From Candidatus Margulisiibacteriota bacterium (GTDB lineage Bacteria; Margulisbacteria; Termititenacia; Termititenacales; Termititenacaceae), in assembly GCA_031274525.1 (NCBI GenBank), contig JAISQA010000033.1:1-54014 (forward strand): a DNA stretch of 54,014 nt. Direction: 5' to 3'. Below the pieces are notes generated by a model. It worked only from the letters and a program-made list of their open reading frames with translations, was not told where the DNA came from and did not search any database. Each line of letters starts with the position of its first letter. The first letter of the stretch is position 1. This document shows positions 28,101 through 38,662 of the stretch, one piece after another. A program made the translations under genes and the position numbers.

Positions 28101-28505
28101 CTACCACATCCGGCAAATCGCTTCGCCGCCGGTTTGTTTCTGGCGGGCTTCTTTGCCGGACAACACGCCTTTAGGCGTGGTCAAAATAATCGCGCCGTAA
28201 CCGTTGCGCACGCGCGGGATCTTATCTTTAGGCAGATACACCCGGCGGCCCGGCTTGCTGATGCGCTCAATATGATTGAGCACTTTTTCACCGGCAGGGC
28301 CGTATTTCAAAGTCACGCGCAAAAAATAATGCGGGGAGTCTTCTTTTTGGTACGACTCCACTGCATTGATAAAGCCCTCGCGCTTCATCACATTAAGCAC
28401 CGCCTGCCGCAGCTTCGAGAAAGGCAGCTCCACCTGCTTAAAGCCGACGGACGAACCGTTGCGGATTATTGTGATCATATCGCCTAAAGAATCGGTCATG
28501 CTCAT
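28101..28505 (-). CDS. rpsH: 30S ribosomal protein S8
   Basis: MTD...DM.T.IRN, RISKPGRRVY. Confidence 0.97.
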   Translation of the reverse strand: MSMTDSLGDMITIIRNGSSVGFKQVELPFSKLRQAVLNVMKREGFINAVESYQKEDSPHYFLRVTLKYGPAGEKVLNHIERISKPGRRVYLPKDKIPRVRNGYGAIILTTPKGVLSGKEARQKQTGGEAICRMW

Positions 28506-28521
28506 AATTTTTGCTATCTCC

Positions 28522-28707
28522 TTACCAGCTGGCTTTTCTCACACCGGGGATCTTGCCCTGAGCCGCGTACTCTCTAAAACACACCCGGCAGATGTTAAAG
28601 AAACGAATAAACCCGCGCGGCCGACCGCAAATCTGGCAGCGGTTGTGCTGACGCACGCCGAATTTGGGCTTCCTTTTCGCTTTTTCTTTCATCGAGGTCT
28701 TGGCCAT
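28522..28707 (-). CDS. rpsN: 30S ribosomal protein S14 (zinc-binding type)
   Basis: [19 protein letters not shown]. Confidence 0.97.
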   Translation of the reverse strand: MAKTSMKEKAKRKPKFGVRQHNRCQICGRPRGFIRFFNICRVCFREYAAQGKIPGVRKASW

Positions 28708-28726
28708 TATTACTCCTTTTTACTAT

Positions 28727-28802
28727 CCGGTCATTTCGGCTCCGCTTAATGACCGGCTGGATACCAGGCGACTTGTGCCGAGCGAAGTCGGGACAAGTCG
28801 AG
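28727..28802. repeat. Two REP-like hairpins in the rplE-rpsN spacer
   Basis: CCGGTCATT-tcggctccgctt-AATGACCGG and CGACTTGT-gccgagcgaagtcggg-ACAAGTCG. Confidence 0.7.
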
Positions 28803-28805
28803 GCA

Positions 28806-29345
28806 TTATTTTCTAAACGGCATACCCATTTTTTCCAGCAGAAAATAGGCTTCTTTATCCGTCCGGGCGGTGGTGCAGATCGTAATGTCCATGCCGCTTA
28901 ATTTCTGCACATTTTCAAATTTGATCTCCGGAAAAATAATCTGCTCCTGAATACCCAGACTGTAATTGCCGCGGCCGTCAAAAGAGTTTTTCGGCACGCC
29001 GCGGAAGTCGCGGACTTTGGGCAGGGCCAGATTTAAGAGCTTGGTCAAAAAATCGTACATTTTGCGCCGGCGCAGGGTGACCTTGCAGCCAATCGGCAGA
29101 CCTTCTCTCAGTTTGAAATTCGAGATCGCTTTTTTGGATTTGGCGATCACCGGCTTCTGCCCGCTGATCTGCCGCAGCTCTTCCACAAAAGTATCCACGA
29201 TCTTCACGTTCTCCGTGGCCGCGCCAATGCCTCTATTGACCACCACTTTGGTAATTTTAGGCACCATCATCGGATTGGAGTAATTAAACTCCTTCTGCAT
29301 CGCCGGCAGTACTTCGTTTTTATATTTTTCTTTCAAATCCAGCAT
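28806..29345 (-). CDS. rplE: 50S ribosomal protein L5
   Basis: GQKP, FKLREG.PIG.KVTLR, FDGRGNY. Confidence 0.98.
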   Translation of the reverse strand: MLDLKEKYKNEVLPAMQKEFNYSNPMMVPKITKVVVNRGIGAATENVKIVDTFVEELRQISGQKPVIAKSKKAISNFKLREGLPIGCKVTLRRRKMYDFLTKLLNLALPKVRDFRGVPKNSFDGRGNYSLGIQEQIIFPEIKFENVQKLSGMDITICTTARTDKEAYFLLEKMGMPFRK

Positions 29346-29409
29346 AGTCGCTCTTTTTTCTCCTCTTTAATTTCGGCGTCTAAAACCGGCCGCCGCGCTG
29401 ACCGGACGT

Positions 29410-29718
29410 CTACTTATCTATAACCGCGCCGCATTTTTTACAGAAGCGGACTTTTTGCTCTTTTTCCGTCTTAAAACCCACGCGCACGGCTTTTTTACAG
29501 GACGGACAGACCAGCAACACCCGCGCGGAAACGATCGGCAGAATTTTCTCGATAATGCCGCCTTTATGCTCCTGCGTCGGTTTGGTATGGCGCTTTACTT
29601 TGTTGACGTTGTCCACCAAAATCCGCGTGCCCAGAACTTCCAGCACCTTCTCCTGCCGACCCTTATCTTTGCCGGACATTACCTTTACCAGATCGCCTTT
29701 TTTTATTTTACTTGCCAT
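29410..29718 (-). CDS. rplX: 50S ribosomal protein L24
   Basis: IKKGD.V.V.SGKDKG. Confidence 0.96.
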   Translation of the reverse strand: MASKIKKGDLVKVMSGKDKGRQEKVLEVLGTRILVDNVNKVKRHTKPTQEHKGGIIEKILPIVSARVLLVCPSCKKAVRVGFKTEKEQKVRFCKKCGAVIDK

Positions 29719-29758
29719 TACTTATAACCTCTTCTTCGCTTACTCTGCCCCGCCGCCG

Positions 29759-30130
29759 CTACAATACTTCCGAGGCGCGCGAGATGATTTTGGCATAACC
29801 TTTGTCCTTAAGCTCTCTGGCCACCGGCCCAAAAATACGCGTGCCTTTAGGCTCTCTGGATTTCGGATCAATGATCACACAGGCATTGTCATCAAAACGC
29901 AGATACGAGCCATCCGGCCGGCGCAGCGGATGTCTGGTGCGCACAATCACAGCTTTATGCACTTCGGCTTTTTTGACAGCCATGCCCACCGAGGCTTTTT
30001 TGACCACCACGGTCACAATCGAACCGACCGTCACTTCTTTTTGATAAGAATTGCCCGGCACATGCATGATCAGCGCTTCACGCGCACCGCTGTTATCCGC
30101 CACCACCATTCTTGATTCTCTCTGCAACAT
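29759..30130 (-). CDS. rplN: 50S ribosomal protein L14
   Basis: [24 protein letters not shown]. Confidence 0.97.
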   Translation of the reverse strand: MLQRESRMVVADNSGAREALIMHVPGNSYQKEVTVGSIVTVVVKKASVGMAVKKAEVHKAVIVRTRHPLRRPDGSYLRFDDNACVIIDPKSREPKGTRIFGPVARELKDKGYAKIISRASEVL

Positions 30131-30168
30131 TTTTAACTCCTCATCCGGCCAATTATAATTGGCGGCTC

Positions 30169-30492
30169 CTACACTTTATCTATATTTTCCAGATTATTTT
30201 CAACTCTGGCTTCCAGCGATTTGGCGGATTTTTTGACGATCTCCACCAGACGCCAGGTCTTGGTCTTGCTCAAGCGGCGCGTCTCCATAATCAACACTTC
30301 GTCGCCGGGCCGGGCAGTATTCTGCTCATCGTGGGCATGGTATTTTTTGCTCACGGTAATGATCTTGCCATAGCGGGGATGCGCTTTTTGCGTGTCCACC
30401 TGCACGACAATAGTCTTACTCATTTTGCTGCTCAAGACCAGACCCTGCCGGACTTTTCTGCGCGTTGTTCTTTTTATTACTGCTTCAGGCAT
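30169..30492 (-). CDS. rpsQ: 30S ribosomal protein S17
   Basis: [27 protein letters not shown]. Confidence 0.96.
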   Translation of the reverse strand: MPEAVIKRTTRRKVRQGLVLSSKMSKTIVVQVDTQKAHPRYGKIITVSKKYHAHDEQNTARPGDEVLIMETRRLSKTKTWRLVEIVKKSAKSLEARVENNLENIDKV

Positions 30493-30881
30493 TATTTACT
30501 TTTCTCCTCTTTTTTAGCTTTGGCCGGCCTGGCTGCGGCTTTTTTCGCCGGCTTTTCCGCTTTGGGCTTTTTAACTTTTTTGGCCTCTTTGGCCTCCTCA
30601 GTCTGCCCGGTCTGTTTATCCGGTTTTACTTCGGTCTTGTCTATTTTTACACCGGCTTTCGGCACGCTCCGCACAGCGGCCAGTCTGTCCGCCGCCGGCA
30701 AAGCGGTAAATACGGTCAGCAGCCGCGCAATCGTTCTGCGGATCTTGCGAAACTCGGAAATATCCTTGTGTTCGCCGCGCAGCAGCTTTTGTTTTTTCTC
30801 AAAGTAATCTTTTTTCAGCTCCGCAACTTTTTTGTAAAGCCCGGCCGCGTCTAACTTTTTTATTTCTTGCAGATCCAGCAT
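30492..30881 (-). CDS. rpmC: 50S ribosomal protein L29 with Lys/Ala-rich tail
   Basis: Synteny plus [10 protein letters not shown] motif. Confidence 0.88.
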   Translation of the reverse strand: MLDLQEIKKLDAAGLYKKVAELKKDYFEKKQKLLRGEHKDISEFRKIRRTIARLLTVFTALPAADRLAAVRSVPKAGVKIDKTEVKPDKQTGQTEEAKEAKKVKKPKAEKPAKKAAARPAKAKKEEKSK

Positions 30882-30896
30882 TATATTTTCTCCTGT

Positions 30897-31304
30897 TTAT
30901 TCCGCGGACACAAAACGGACTTTGCAGGGCAGCTTATGCCCCGCGGAAGTCAGCGCGTCCTGCGCCGGTTTTTCCGCCAGACCGTTCAGCTCAAACAGCA
31001 CCTTGCCCGCGCGCACTTTAGCTATCCAGAGCGCCGGAGCGCCTTTGCCTTTGCCCATGCGCGAATCGGCCGGACGCTGCGTAACCACATGGTCGGGAAA
31101 CACGCGGATCCAGATCTTGCCGCCTTTGAGTATATGGCGGGTGATCGCCTTGCGCGCCGCTTCGATCTGGCGGCTGGTCAGAGCGCAATTTTCCATGGCC
31201 ATCAGGCCGTACTTGCCAAAAGACACTTTATTGCCGCGCGAAGCCACGCCGCGGTTTTTACCGCGCTGCTGCTTGCGGTATTTCGTGCGCTTAGGCTGCA
31301 GCAT
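30897..31304 (-). CDS. rplP: 50S ribosomal protein L16
   Basis: MLQPKRTKYRK, RMGKGKG. Confidence 0.98.
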   Translation of the reverse strand: MLQPKRTKYRKQQRGKNRGVASRGNKVSFGKYGLMAMENCALTSRQIEAARKAITRHILKGGKIWIRVFPDHVVTQRPADSRMGKGKGAPALWIAKVRAGKVLFELNGLAEKPAQDALTSAGHKLPCKVRFVSAE

Positions 31305-31992
31305 TTTCTTTCTCCTCCTCCAGCTCCACGTCCGAGGGCTTCAAATCAACTTTCACGGCTTTGTCGTCCAGAATATCGCCTTTGTACACCCAGACTTTAA
31401 CGCCGATCTTGCCGTAAGTGGTCTGCGCTTCCGCCACGGCATAATCCACATCCGCGCGGAAAGTATGCAGCGGCACGCGCCCCTCTCTGTACCACTCGGT
31501 GCGCGCGATCTCAGCGCCGCCCAAACGGCCGGAGACCATCACCTTGATGCCCTGCGCGCCGGATTTGAGCGCTTTGGTAATCACCTGCTTCATCGCGCGG
31601 CGAAAAGCAATGCGGCGCTCCAGCTGTCCGGCCACATTCTCGGCCAGCAGTATCGCGCAGGTATTGATATTATTCGCCTCGTTGATATTGAACTGCACAT
31701 TTTTGCCCGTCAGCTTGATCAGGCGCTGTTTAAAAGCCTCCGCGTCCTGTCCGCCCTTGCCGATAATCATGCCCGGCCGCGCGGTATAAACATCCACGGT
31801 CACCTGATTTTCCCGGCGTCTGATCACCACGCGGGAAATACCCGCTTTGTTCAACGTGGTTTTGACAAAATCCTCTATCTTCTGGTCTTCCAAAAAGTAT
31901 TTGGGAAAATCTTTTTTGGCAGCGTACCAGACCCTGTCCCATTCCCGGTTCACGCCCAGTCTCAACGAACGGGGGTCTGTCTTATGTCCCAT
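31291..31992 (-). CDS. rpsC: 30S ribosomal protein S3
   Basis: SGRLGGAEIAR, GRVPLHT. Confidence 0.98.
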   Translation of the reverse strand: MGHKTDPRSLRLGVNREWDRVWYAAKKDFPKYFLEDQKIEDFVKTTLNKAGISRVVIRRRENQVTVDVYTARPGMIIGKGGQDAEAFKQRLIKLTGKNVQFNINEANNINTCAILLAENVAGQLERRIAFRRAMKQVITKALKSGAQGIKVMVSGRLGGAEIARTEWYREGRVPLHTFRADVDYAVAEAQTTYGKIGVKVWVYKGDILDDKAVKVDLKPSDVELEEEKENAAA

Positions 31993-31996
31993 CGAA

Positions 31997-32398
31997 CTAT
32001 CTCCCTTCCCGCACGGCTATTTTGATATGCGTGGTGTATTTTTTGATGCGCATGGCGCGGCCCTTGCCGCCAGCGCGCCAGCGCTTGAGCAGAGAGCCGT
32101 TATTGGCCACCGCCTGCGCGACTACCAGCTTATCTCTGGACAGCTGATTGTTATGCTCGGCATTGGCTATCGCCGATTTTAAAACTTTTTCGGCATAGCG
32201 CGCGGCCGACTGCGGCAGAAACCGCAGAATAGTCAGACCCTCCGCGGCTTTTTTACCGCGGATTAGTTTTAAAACCCGTCCAGCTTTGAGCGGCGACATT
32301 CTGACCATTTTCGCTTCCGCGCTGACCAGCACCGCGGCCGGTGCAGCAGAGACGGCAGCTGGAGTTTTAACTTTTTTTATTTTTTGCTCGTCCGTCAT
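31997..32398 (-). CDS. rplV: 50S ribosomal protein L22
   Basis: [22 protein letters not shown]. Confidence 0.96.
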   Translation of the reverse strand: MTDEQKIKKVKTPAAVSAAPAAVLVSAEAKMVRMSPLKAGRVLKLIRGKKAAEGLTILRFLPQSAARYAEKVLKSAIANAEHNNQLSRDKLVVAQAVANNGSLLKRWRAGGKGRAMRIKKYTTHIKIAVREGR

Positions 32399-32685
32399 TT
32401 CGCCTGTCCTTCGTCTTTTTTCTTGTCCGTGCCGCCGTGCGCGCGGAAAGTGCGCGTGTGGGCAAACTCGCCCAGCTTGTGGCCGACCATATTTTCGGTA
32501 ATATAAATCGGGATATGTTTATTGCCGTTGTGTACCGCTATCGTGTGTCCCACAAAATCCGGAAAAATCGCGGAACGGCGTGACCAGGTCTTGACTAATT
32601 TTTTCTCGCCGGCCGAATTCATTTTCTGGATTCTGGTCAGCAGATGCTCATCACAAAACGGGCCTTTTTTAGCAGAGCGCGACAT
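32395..32685 (-). CDS. rpsS: 30S ribosomal protein S19
   Basis: [16 protein letters not shown]. Confidence 0.98.
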   Translation of the reverse strand: MSRSAKKGPFCDEHLLTRIQKMNSAGEKKLVKTWSRRSAIFPDFVGHTIAVHNGNKHIPIYITENMVGHKLGEFAHTRTFRAHGGTDKKKDEGQAK

Positions 32686-32701
32686 TCTTTATTTTCTCCT
32701 T

Positions 32702-33532
32702 TTATTTCTTCTTGCGGCGGATGATCAGCTTCGTCGAGGGCTTTTTCAGCTTGCGGGTCTTTTTGCCCAGCGCCGGTTTGCCCCAGGGGGTCATCGGACC
32801 CGGATGGCCGACCGGAGCACGGCCTTCGCCGCCGCCGTGCGGATGCTCCACCGGATTCATCACCGAACCGCGCACTTCCGGCCGCAGGCCTTTCCAGCGC
32901 GCGCGCCCGGCCTTGCCCAGCTTGATATTGAAATGATCTTCATTAGAAACCGTACCGACTGTCGCGCGGCACTCCAGACGCACCAGCCGCAGCTCCGAGG
33001 ACGGCATACGCAGCACGGCGTAATCGCCTTCTTTGGCCATCAACTGGATAGAAACACCGGCCGAACGCGCCAGTTGAGCGCCCCGTCCGGCGATCAGCTC
33101 GACATTATGCACCACCGTACCCACCGGGATAGATCCCAAAGGCAGAGCATTGCCCGGCTTGATATCCGCGTCCGCGCCGGACTGCAAAATATCATTCACA
33201 CTCAGGCTGCGCGGCGCCAGAATATATCTTTTCTCGCCGTCGGCATAGCTCAAAAGCGCAATGCGGGCCGTGCGGTTGGGATCGTACTCGATCGAAACCA
33301 CTTTCGCCGGAATATTATCTTTGTCCCTTTTGAAATCAATAATCCGGAAAAAATTCTTATTTCCGCCGCCCTTGTGCCGACAGGTGATCTTGCCCTGATT
33401 GTTGCGGCCGGAAGTCTTGCGGGCCGCGGCCAGCAGACTCTTCTCCGGCTTGCTGGCGGTTATTTCTGCAAAATCATAAAGTATCGTGTTACGCGAGGCG
33501 TTATGAATTGATTTTAATTTTTTCAGACCCAT
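32702..33532 (-). CDS. rplB: 50S ribosomal protein L2
   Basis: [19 protein letters not shown]. Confidence 0.98.
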   Translation of the reverse strand: MGLKKLKSIHNASRNTILYDFAEITASKPEKSLLAAARKTSGRNNQGKITCRHKGGGNKNFFRIIDFKRDKDNIPAKVVSIEYDPNRTARIALLSYADGEKRYILAPRSLSVNDILQSGADADIKPGNALPLGSIPVGTVVHNVELIAGRGAQLARSAGVSIQLMAKEGDYAVLRMPSSELRLVRLECRATVGTVSNEDHFNIKLGKAGRARWKGLRPEVRGSVMNPVEHPHGGGEGRAPVGHPGPMTPWGKPALGKKTRKLKKPSTKLIIRRKKK

Positions 33533-33545
33533 TTTGCTTTATCTC

Positions 33546-33830
33546 CTAAGCTGCCAGCGCGTCGATCTTCTGGCCCTTGACCAGATACACCACCGCTTTT
33601 TTGACATCCTGCTCCTGACCGGAAATACGGCCGTAACGGCGTTTTTTACCGGCGACGATCAGGGTATTTACTTTCGCCACTTTGACATTGTAAATTTTCT
33701 CGACCGCGCTGCGCACCGCGATCTTCGTCGCTTTTTTCTGCACAATAAAAGTGTAAATATTCTTGCCCAGTTCCAGGCTGCTTTTTTCGGTGACGACCGG
33801 CTTGACGATCACGTCATAAACAGAGCTCAT
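33546..33830 (-). CDS. rplW: 50S ribosomal protein L23
   Basis: PVVTEKS, KVNT, KKA.V.L. Confidence 0.96.
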   Translation of the reverse strand: MSSVYDVIVKPVVTEKSSLELGKNIYTFIVQKKATKIAVRSAVEKIYNVKVAKVNTLIVAGKKRRYGRISGQEQDVKKAVVYLVKGQKIDALAA

Positions 33831-34447
33831 CCTAAAGCCTCCTCTAATTTCCGTACGGCGGACGCGGTGACAAAAAATTTGTCATACTTGAGCAGATCAT
33901 AGACCGTGATGTTTTTAACATTGGCCGTCTTGATCGTCGGAATATTGCGCCCGGCTTTCACAGCATTGGCGGGCAAAGCTTCATCTACAAACAAAGCTTT
34001 GGCGTCCAGTTTAAAATTTTTGAGCACCGCGGAAAACTCTTTGGTTTTGGGCTGGGTCAGAGCTAAATCTTTCAGCACGATCATATTGGCTTTTTTATCC
34101 GTCAGCGCAGCGCGCAGCGCGGCTTTTTTCATGCTTCTGGTCAGGAAAAAAGCATAATCGCGCGGCTTGGGGCCCATTGAGACACCGCCGCCCGGAAGCA
34201 GAGGAGAGCGGCTGGAGCCCCGGCGGGCATTACCGGTGCCTTTTTGCGAGAACGGTTTTTTGCCGCCGCCGCGCACTTCGGATTTAGTCAGAGTGCTGTG
34301 CGTGCCGGAACGGCCCGTCGCCAGATAACTCAACACGGCCAGATGCAGCAAGCCTTTGTTCACTTTGGCATTGAATACTCTGTCATTGAGCGTCAATGAC
34401 CCCGCGGCCTTACCGGCCAGATCAAATATCTGCACTTCTGTCGCCAT
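33827..34447 (-). CDS. rplD: 50S ribosomal protein L4
   Basis: EVRGGGKKP..QKGTG.AR.GS.RSP. Confidence 0.97.
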   Translation of the reverse strand: MATEVQIFDLAGKAAGSLTLNDRVFNAKVNKGLLHLAVLSYLATGRSGTHSTLTKSEVRGGGKKPFSQKGTGNARRGSSRSPLLPGGGVSMGPKPRDYAFFLTRSMKKAALRAALTDKKANMIVLKDLALTQPKTKEFSAVLKNFKLDAKALFVDEALPANAVKAGRNIPTIKTANVKNITVYDLLKYDKFFVTASAVRKLEEALG

Positions 34448-34458
34448 TTGCCTACCTC

Positions 34459-35115
34459 TTATTGTTTAACAGCTATTTTCCCAGCGTCGTATTCGGCTTT
34501 GCGGTTGCTTACAACAACCAACCCGTTTTTCGGGCCCGGTATAGCGCCGCTGACTAGAATAACATTTTTGTCACTCAAGACTTCTACAACCTTGAGACCA
34601 CGGATTGTAACACGCTCGGTGCCCATGTGTCCAGGCATTTTCGCGCCGAAAGGGATGCGTCCGCCGCGGTCCATAAAACGCTGCGAGCCGGTGATGCGGT
34701 TATTTTTGGAGCCGTGGCTGCGCGGGCCGATCGTAAAACGGTGCCGCTTGATCGCGCCCTGAAATCCTTTGCCGATGCTGGTGCCGGTCACGGCCACCTC
34801 TTCGCCCGCGGCAAAAATCGCGGCATTCAAAACGCTGCCCGCCGGGAGATCCAGCGCATCCGGCACCCGCACTTCGCGGATATATTGGGGGGCTTTTTCC
34901 TGTCCGGCTTTTTTAGCCACGCCCAGCGCGGCTTTGACCGCGTTTTTTCTGGACAGAAAACCCAGCTTCAGCGCCGCATAACCGTCCTTGCCGGTTTTTT
35001 TCTTGGCCTGCAATACCACGCAGGGGCCGCACTCAATGACCGTTACGGCCTGTGCCAGACCATCGTCCGTAAAAACCTGCGTCATGCCAATTTTTCTGCC
35101 TAAAATACTTTTCAT
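34459..35115 (-). CDS. rplC: 50S ribosomal protein L3
   Basis: GRKIGMTQVF, GKGFQG.IKR, MPGHMG; start taken at MKSILG. Confidence 0.97.
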   Translation of the reverse strand: MKSILGRKIGMTQVFTDDGLAQAVTVIECGPCVVLQAKKKTGKDGYAALKLGFLSRKNAVKAALGVAKKAGQEKAPQYIREVRVPDALDLPAGSVLNAAIFAAGEEVAVTGTSIGKGFQGAIKRHRFTIGPRSHGSKNNRITGSQRFMDRGGRIPFGAKMPGHMGTERVTIRGLKVVEVLSDKNVILVSGAIPGPKNGLVVVSNRKAEYDAGKIAVKQ

Positions 35116-35158
35116 TTTCCGCTCCATTTTTAGACGCCCGTACCGCGCCCCGCACAAA

Positions 35159-35491
35159 TTACAAAACCTTGATCTCAATATCCACGCCGGCCGGCAAATC
35201 GAGTTTGGTCAAAGCGTCTGTCGTGGTGGAGGGCGGATCAATAATATCGATCAGCCGCTTATGGATACGCAAATCAAAATGCTCGCCGGAGTTTTTGTTG
35301 ACGTGCGGCGACTTCAGGACTGTCCATTTCTTAATATCGGTCGGCAGCGGTATCGGCCCGAAAACTTTGGCGCCGGAACGCTGCGCCGTGCTCACGATCT
35401 TGCCGGAAGACTGATCCAGCAGACGGTGATCGAAAGCCTTTAGCTTAATCCGCACCCTTTGATTTGCTTTTATTTTCGTTTTTACAGCCAC
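35159..35491 (-). CDS. rpsJ: 30S ribosomal protein S10
   Basis: [27 protein letters not shown]. Confidence 0.97.
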   Translation of the reverse strand: MAVKTKIKANQRVRIKLKAFDHRLLDQSSGKIVSTAQRSGAKVFGPIPLPTDIKKWTVLKSPHVNKNSGEHFDLRIHKRLIDIIDPPSTTTDALTKLDLPAGVDIEIKVL

Positions 35492-35557
35492 AGTATTTTC
35501 CTCGCTTTTATTTGCTTGACCGGGGCAGCCGCACCATGCGGCCGCTGCCCGGCCCGG

Positions 35558-37651
35558 TTAATTACCTTTGTACTTACTTATAATCGCTTCGGTCACATTC
35601 TTCGGCGCCTCTTCATAATCCGAAAATTCCATAGTATAAGTGCCGCGCCCCTGCGTCTTGCTGCGCAGGTCGGTCGAATAGCCGAACATTTCCGCCAGAG
35701 GCACTTTGGCCTTGATGATCTGCGTGCCGCGTACGGACTCCATGCCTTCAATGCGGCCGCGGCGGCTGCTCAGATCGCCGATCACATCGCCGGAATTGGC
35801 CTCCGGCACCTCGACCTCGACTTTCATCACCGGCTCCAGCAGCACGGGATTGCAGCGCGGCACGCCTTCTTTGATAGCCAGATTGGCGGCCAGCTGGAAA
35901 GCGATATCCGAAGAGTCCACATCGTGATAGGAACCGTCGAACAAAGTAACCTTGACATCGACCAGCGGGAAACCGGCCAGCACGCCGGAAGACAGCGCAT
36001 TCTTGGCGCCCTTGTCCACCGGAGTGATAAATTCGCGCGGCACCACGCCGCCGACAATTTCGTTGACAAATTCGTAACCCTTGCCTTTTTCGTTGGGCTC
36101 GATCCGCAGCCAGACATGACCGTACTGACCGTGGCCGCCGGACTGCTTGATATGTTTGCCTTCCTGCTCGACTGATTTGCGGATCGTCTCGCGGTAAGCC
36201 ACCTGCGGCTTGCCGACATTGGCCTCGACCTTAAACTCCCGGATCAGCCGGTCAACGATAATCTCCAGATGCAGCTCGCCCATGCCGGAAATAATCGTCT
36301 GCTGGGTCTGCTCATCGGTCTTGACCTTGAAAGTCGGATCCTCTTCGGCCAGCTTTTTGAGCGCCTCGCCCATCTTCTCCTGATCGGCTTTGGTCTTGGG
36401 CTCGATAGCCACATCGATCACCGTTTCCGGAACATTGATCGCCTCCAGCATTATACTGTTGCCTTCCGCAGCAATAGTATTGCCGGTAGTCGTGTCTTTC
36501 AGACCGATAACGCCGCAAATATCTCCGGCGTGCACTTCATCCAGCTCTTCGCGTTTGTTCGCGTGCATCAGCACCAGACGGCCGACCCGTTCTTTGACAT
36601 CTTTAGTCGTATTCACCACATAAGAGCCGGATTTCAAAGTGCCGGAGTACACCCGCACATAGGTCAAACGGCCGACAAAAGGATCGGTCGCCACTTTGAA
36701 AGCCAGACCGATAAATTTTTCCTCATCCGCGACTTTTACCTCGCTATTCTCGCCGGTGTCCGTGTTGATGCCGTAGACCGGTTTTTCCAGCGGGGTCGGC
36801 AGAAAGTCGCAAACCGCATCCAGCAGCGGCTGAATGGCCGTGTTTTTGAAAGCAGAGCCGCAGGTCATAATCACAAAATTTGTTTTGATCACGCCTATGC
36901 GCAGGCCTTTGCGCAGCTCCCCGGCCGTCAGGGTCTCGCCGTTCATATATTTTTCCATCAAATCATCGCTCTGCTCGGCGGCAGCCTCGATCAAAATCTC
37001 GCGGTAATGCGGCACTTTGTCGGCCAGCTCGGCCGGGATCTCATCCGAGTATTCCAGCTGCGTGCCTTTTTCGCCTTTATTGTAAATGGCTTTCATATTG
37101 ATCAGATCAAAAACTCCGACAAAATTATCCTCCGCGCCGATCGGCAGCTGAATAGGTATCGGACGGCCGCTTAGTTTTTCTTTGATCTGCTCTTCCACCC
37201 GGTAAAAATCCGCACCGACTCTATCCATCTTATTGACGAACACAATACGCGGCACTTTGTAACGGGTGGCCTGCCGCCAGACGGTCTCGGACTGCGGCTG
37301 CACCGCGCCCACCGCGCAAAATACAGCAACCACGCCGTCCAGCACGCGCAGCGACCGCTCCACCTCGATCGTGAAGTCCACGTGTCCGGGCGTGTCGATG
37401 ATATTGATGCGGTGTTTAATCTGCTCTTTATTCCAAAAACAGGTGGTGGCCGCGGAAGTGATCGTGATGCCGCGCTCCTGTTCCTGCACCATCCAGTCCA
37501 TAGTAGCGGCGCCGTCATGCACTTCGCCGATCTTATGCGACACACCGGTGTAAAACAAAATACGTTCCGTCAAAGTCGTCTTGCCGGCATCAATATGCGC
37601 GGCGATACCAATATTTCTGGTGTCTTTTAGGGCTACCTGTCTGCTGCTCAC
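35558..37651 (-). CDS. fusA: Elongation factor G
   Basis: [29 protein letters not shown]. Confidence 0.99.
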   Translation of the reverse strand: MSSRQVALKDTRNIGIAAHIDAGKTTLTERILFYTGVSHKIGEVHDGAATMDWMVQEQERGITITSAATTCFWNKEQIKHRINIIDTPGHVDFTIEVERSLRVLDGVVAVFCAVGAVQPQSETVWRQATRYKVPRIVFVNKMDRVGADFYRVEEQIKEKLSGRPIPIQLPIGAEDNFVGVFDLINMKAIYNKGEKGTQLEYSDEIPAELADKVPHYREILIEAAAEQSDDLMEKYMNGETLTAGELRKGLRIGVIKTNFVIMTCGSAFKNTAIQPLLDAVCDFLPTPLEKPVYGINTDTGENSEVKVADEEKFIGLAFKVATDPFVGRLTYVRVYSGTLKSGSYVVNTTKDVKERVGRLVLMHANKREELDEVHAGDICGVIGLKDTTTGNTIAAEGNSIMLEAINVPETVIDVAIEPKTKADQEKMGEALKKLAEEDPTFKVKTDEQTQQTIISGMGELHLEIIVDRLIREFKVEANVGKPQVAYRETIRKSVEQEGKHIKQSGGHGQYGHVWLRIEPNEKGKGYEFVNEIVGGVVPREFITPVDKGAKNALSSGVLAGFPLVDVKVTLFDGSYHDVDSSDIAFQLAANLAIKEGVPRCNPVLLEPVMKVEVEVPEANSGDVIGDLSSRRGRIEGMESVRGTQIIKAKVPLAEMFGYSTDLRSKTQGRGTYTMEFSDYEEAPKNVTEAIISKYKGN

Positions 37652-37668
37652 AAATTTATTGCTCCCGT

Positions 37669-38139
37669 CTAATATCTAAAATGCGCAAAAGCTTTGTTGG
37701 CTTCGGCCATTTTGTGCGTGTCGTCTTTTTTCTTGATCGCGGCGCCGGTGTTATTGAAAGCGTCCAGCACTTCAGCCGAGGCTCTCTCGATCATGCTCTT
37801 GCCTTTGCGCGCCCGGGCCGCGGTGATGAACCAGCGTATAGCCAGCGACTGCGCCCGTTCCGGCCGCACTTCGATCGGCACCTGATAGTTGGCGCCGCCG
37901 ACCCGGCGGGATTTGACTTCCATGACCGGCTTGATGTTATTGATCGCTTCATTGAATACCTCAATGCCGGGCTTCTGGGTTTTTTCCGAAAGCGTGTCGA
38001 TCATCGCGTAAATGATGCGTTCCGCTTTGGAGCGCAGACCCTTGAGCATAATTTTACTGATCGTCTCCGCAACCAGATAGCTGTTGTAAACCGGGTCCGG
38101 AATTCTTTCCCGCTTGACTGCTCTATTTCTTCTCGACAT
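37669..38139 (-). CDS. rpsG: 30S ribosomal protein S7
   Basis: [22 protein letters not shown]. Confidence 0.98.
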   Translation of the reverse strand: MSRRNRAVKRERIPDPVYNSYLVAETISKIMLKGLRSKAERIIYAMIDTLSEKTQKPGIEVFNEAINNIKPVMEVKSRRVGGANYQVPIEVRPERAQSLAIRWFITAARARKGKSMIERASAEVLDAFNNTGAAIKKKDDTHKMAEANKAFAHFRY

Positions 38140-38150
38140 TTATCTGCTCC

Positions 38151-38534
38151 CTATTTCTTTTCCGGCTTTGGCCGCTTGGCTCCATACTTGGAGCGCCCCT
38201 GCCGCCGTTTATCGACACCCAGCGTGTCCAGCGCGCCGCGCAGAATATGATAACGCACACCGGGCAGGTCTTTGACCCGGCCGCCGCGGATCATCACAAT
38301 AGAGTGCTCCTGCAGATTGTGGCCCTCGCCCGGAATATACGCGGTGACTTCTTCTTTATTGGATAAAACCACGCGCGCGACTTTACGCAGGGCCGAATTG
38401 GGTTTTTTGGGCGTCTGGGTCTTGACCACCACGCATACACCGCGCCTCTGCGCACAGGAGGCCAGCGCCGGTGATTTGGTCTTCGCTATATTTTTACGGC
38501 GGCCTTGCTTAATCAGCTGATTTATGGTTGACAT
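38151..38534 (-). CDS. rpsL: 30S ribosomal protein S12
   Basis: [20 protein letters not shown]. Confidence 0.99.
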   Translation of the reverse strand: MSTINQLIKQGRRKNIAKTKSPALASCAQRRGVCVVVKTQTPKKPNSALRKVARVVLSNKEEVTAYIPGEGHNLQEHSIVMIRGGRVKDLPGVRYHILRGALDTLGVDKRRQGRSKYGAKRPKPEKK

Positions 38535-38611
38535 TTAGCTCCTTCTTTCCAAAATTCTCGTCAAACGGCACACAAATACCCTTTAGCCGGCACACGGCAA
38601 AAAGGGCGGTA

Positions 38612-38641
38612 ATTATAAGGGAGCCGGGGCGAATGTGTCAA
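38612..38641 (-). promoter_or_regulatory. Sigma70 promoter TTGACA-18-TATAAT for the rpsL operon
   Basis: Perfect consensus hexamers about 78 bp upstream of rpsL. Confidence 0.8.
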
Positions 38642-38662
38642 TAGAATGTTCGCTGCCCCGGG

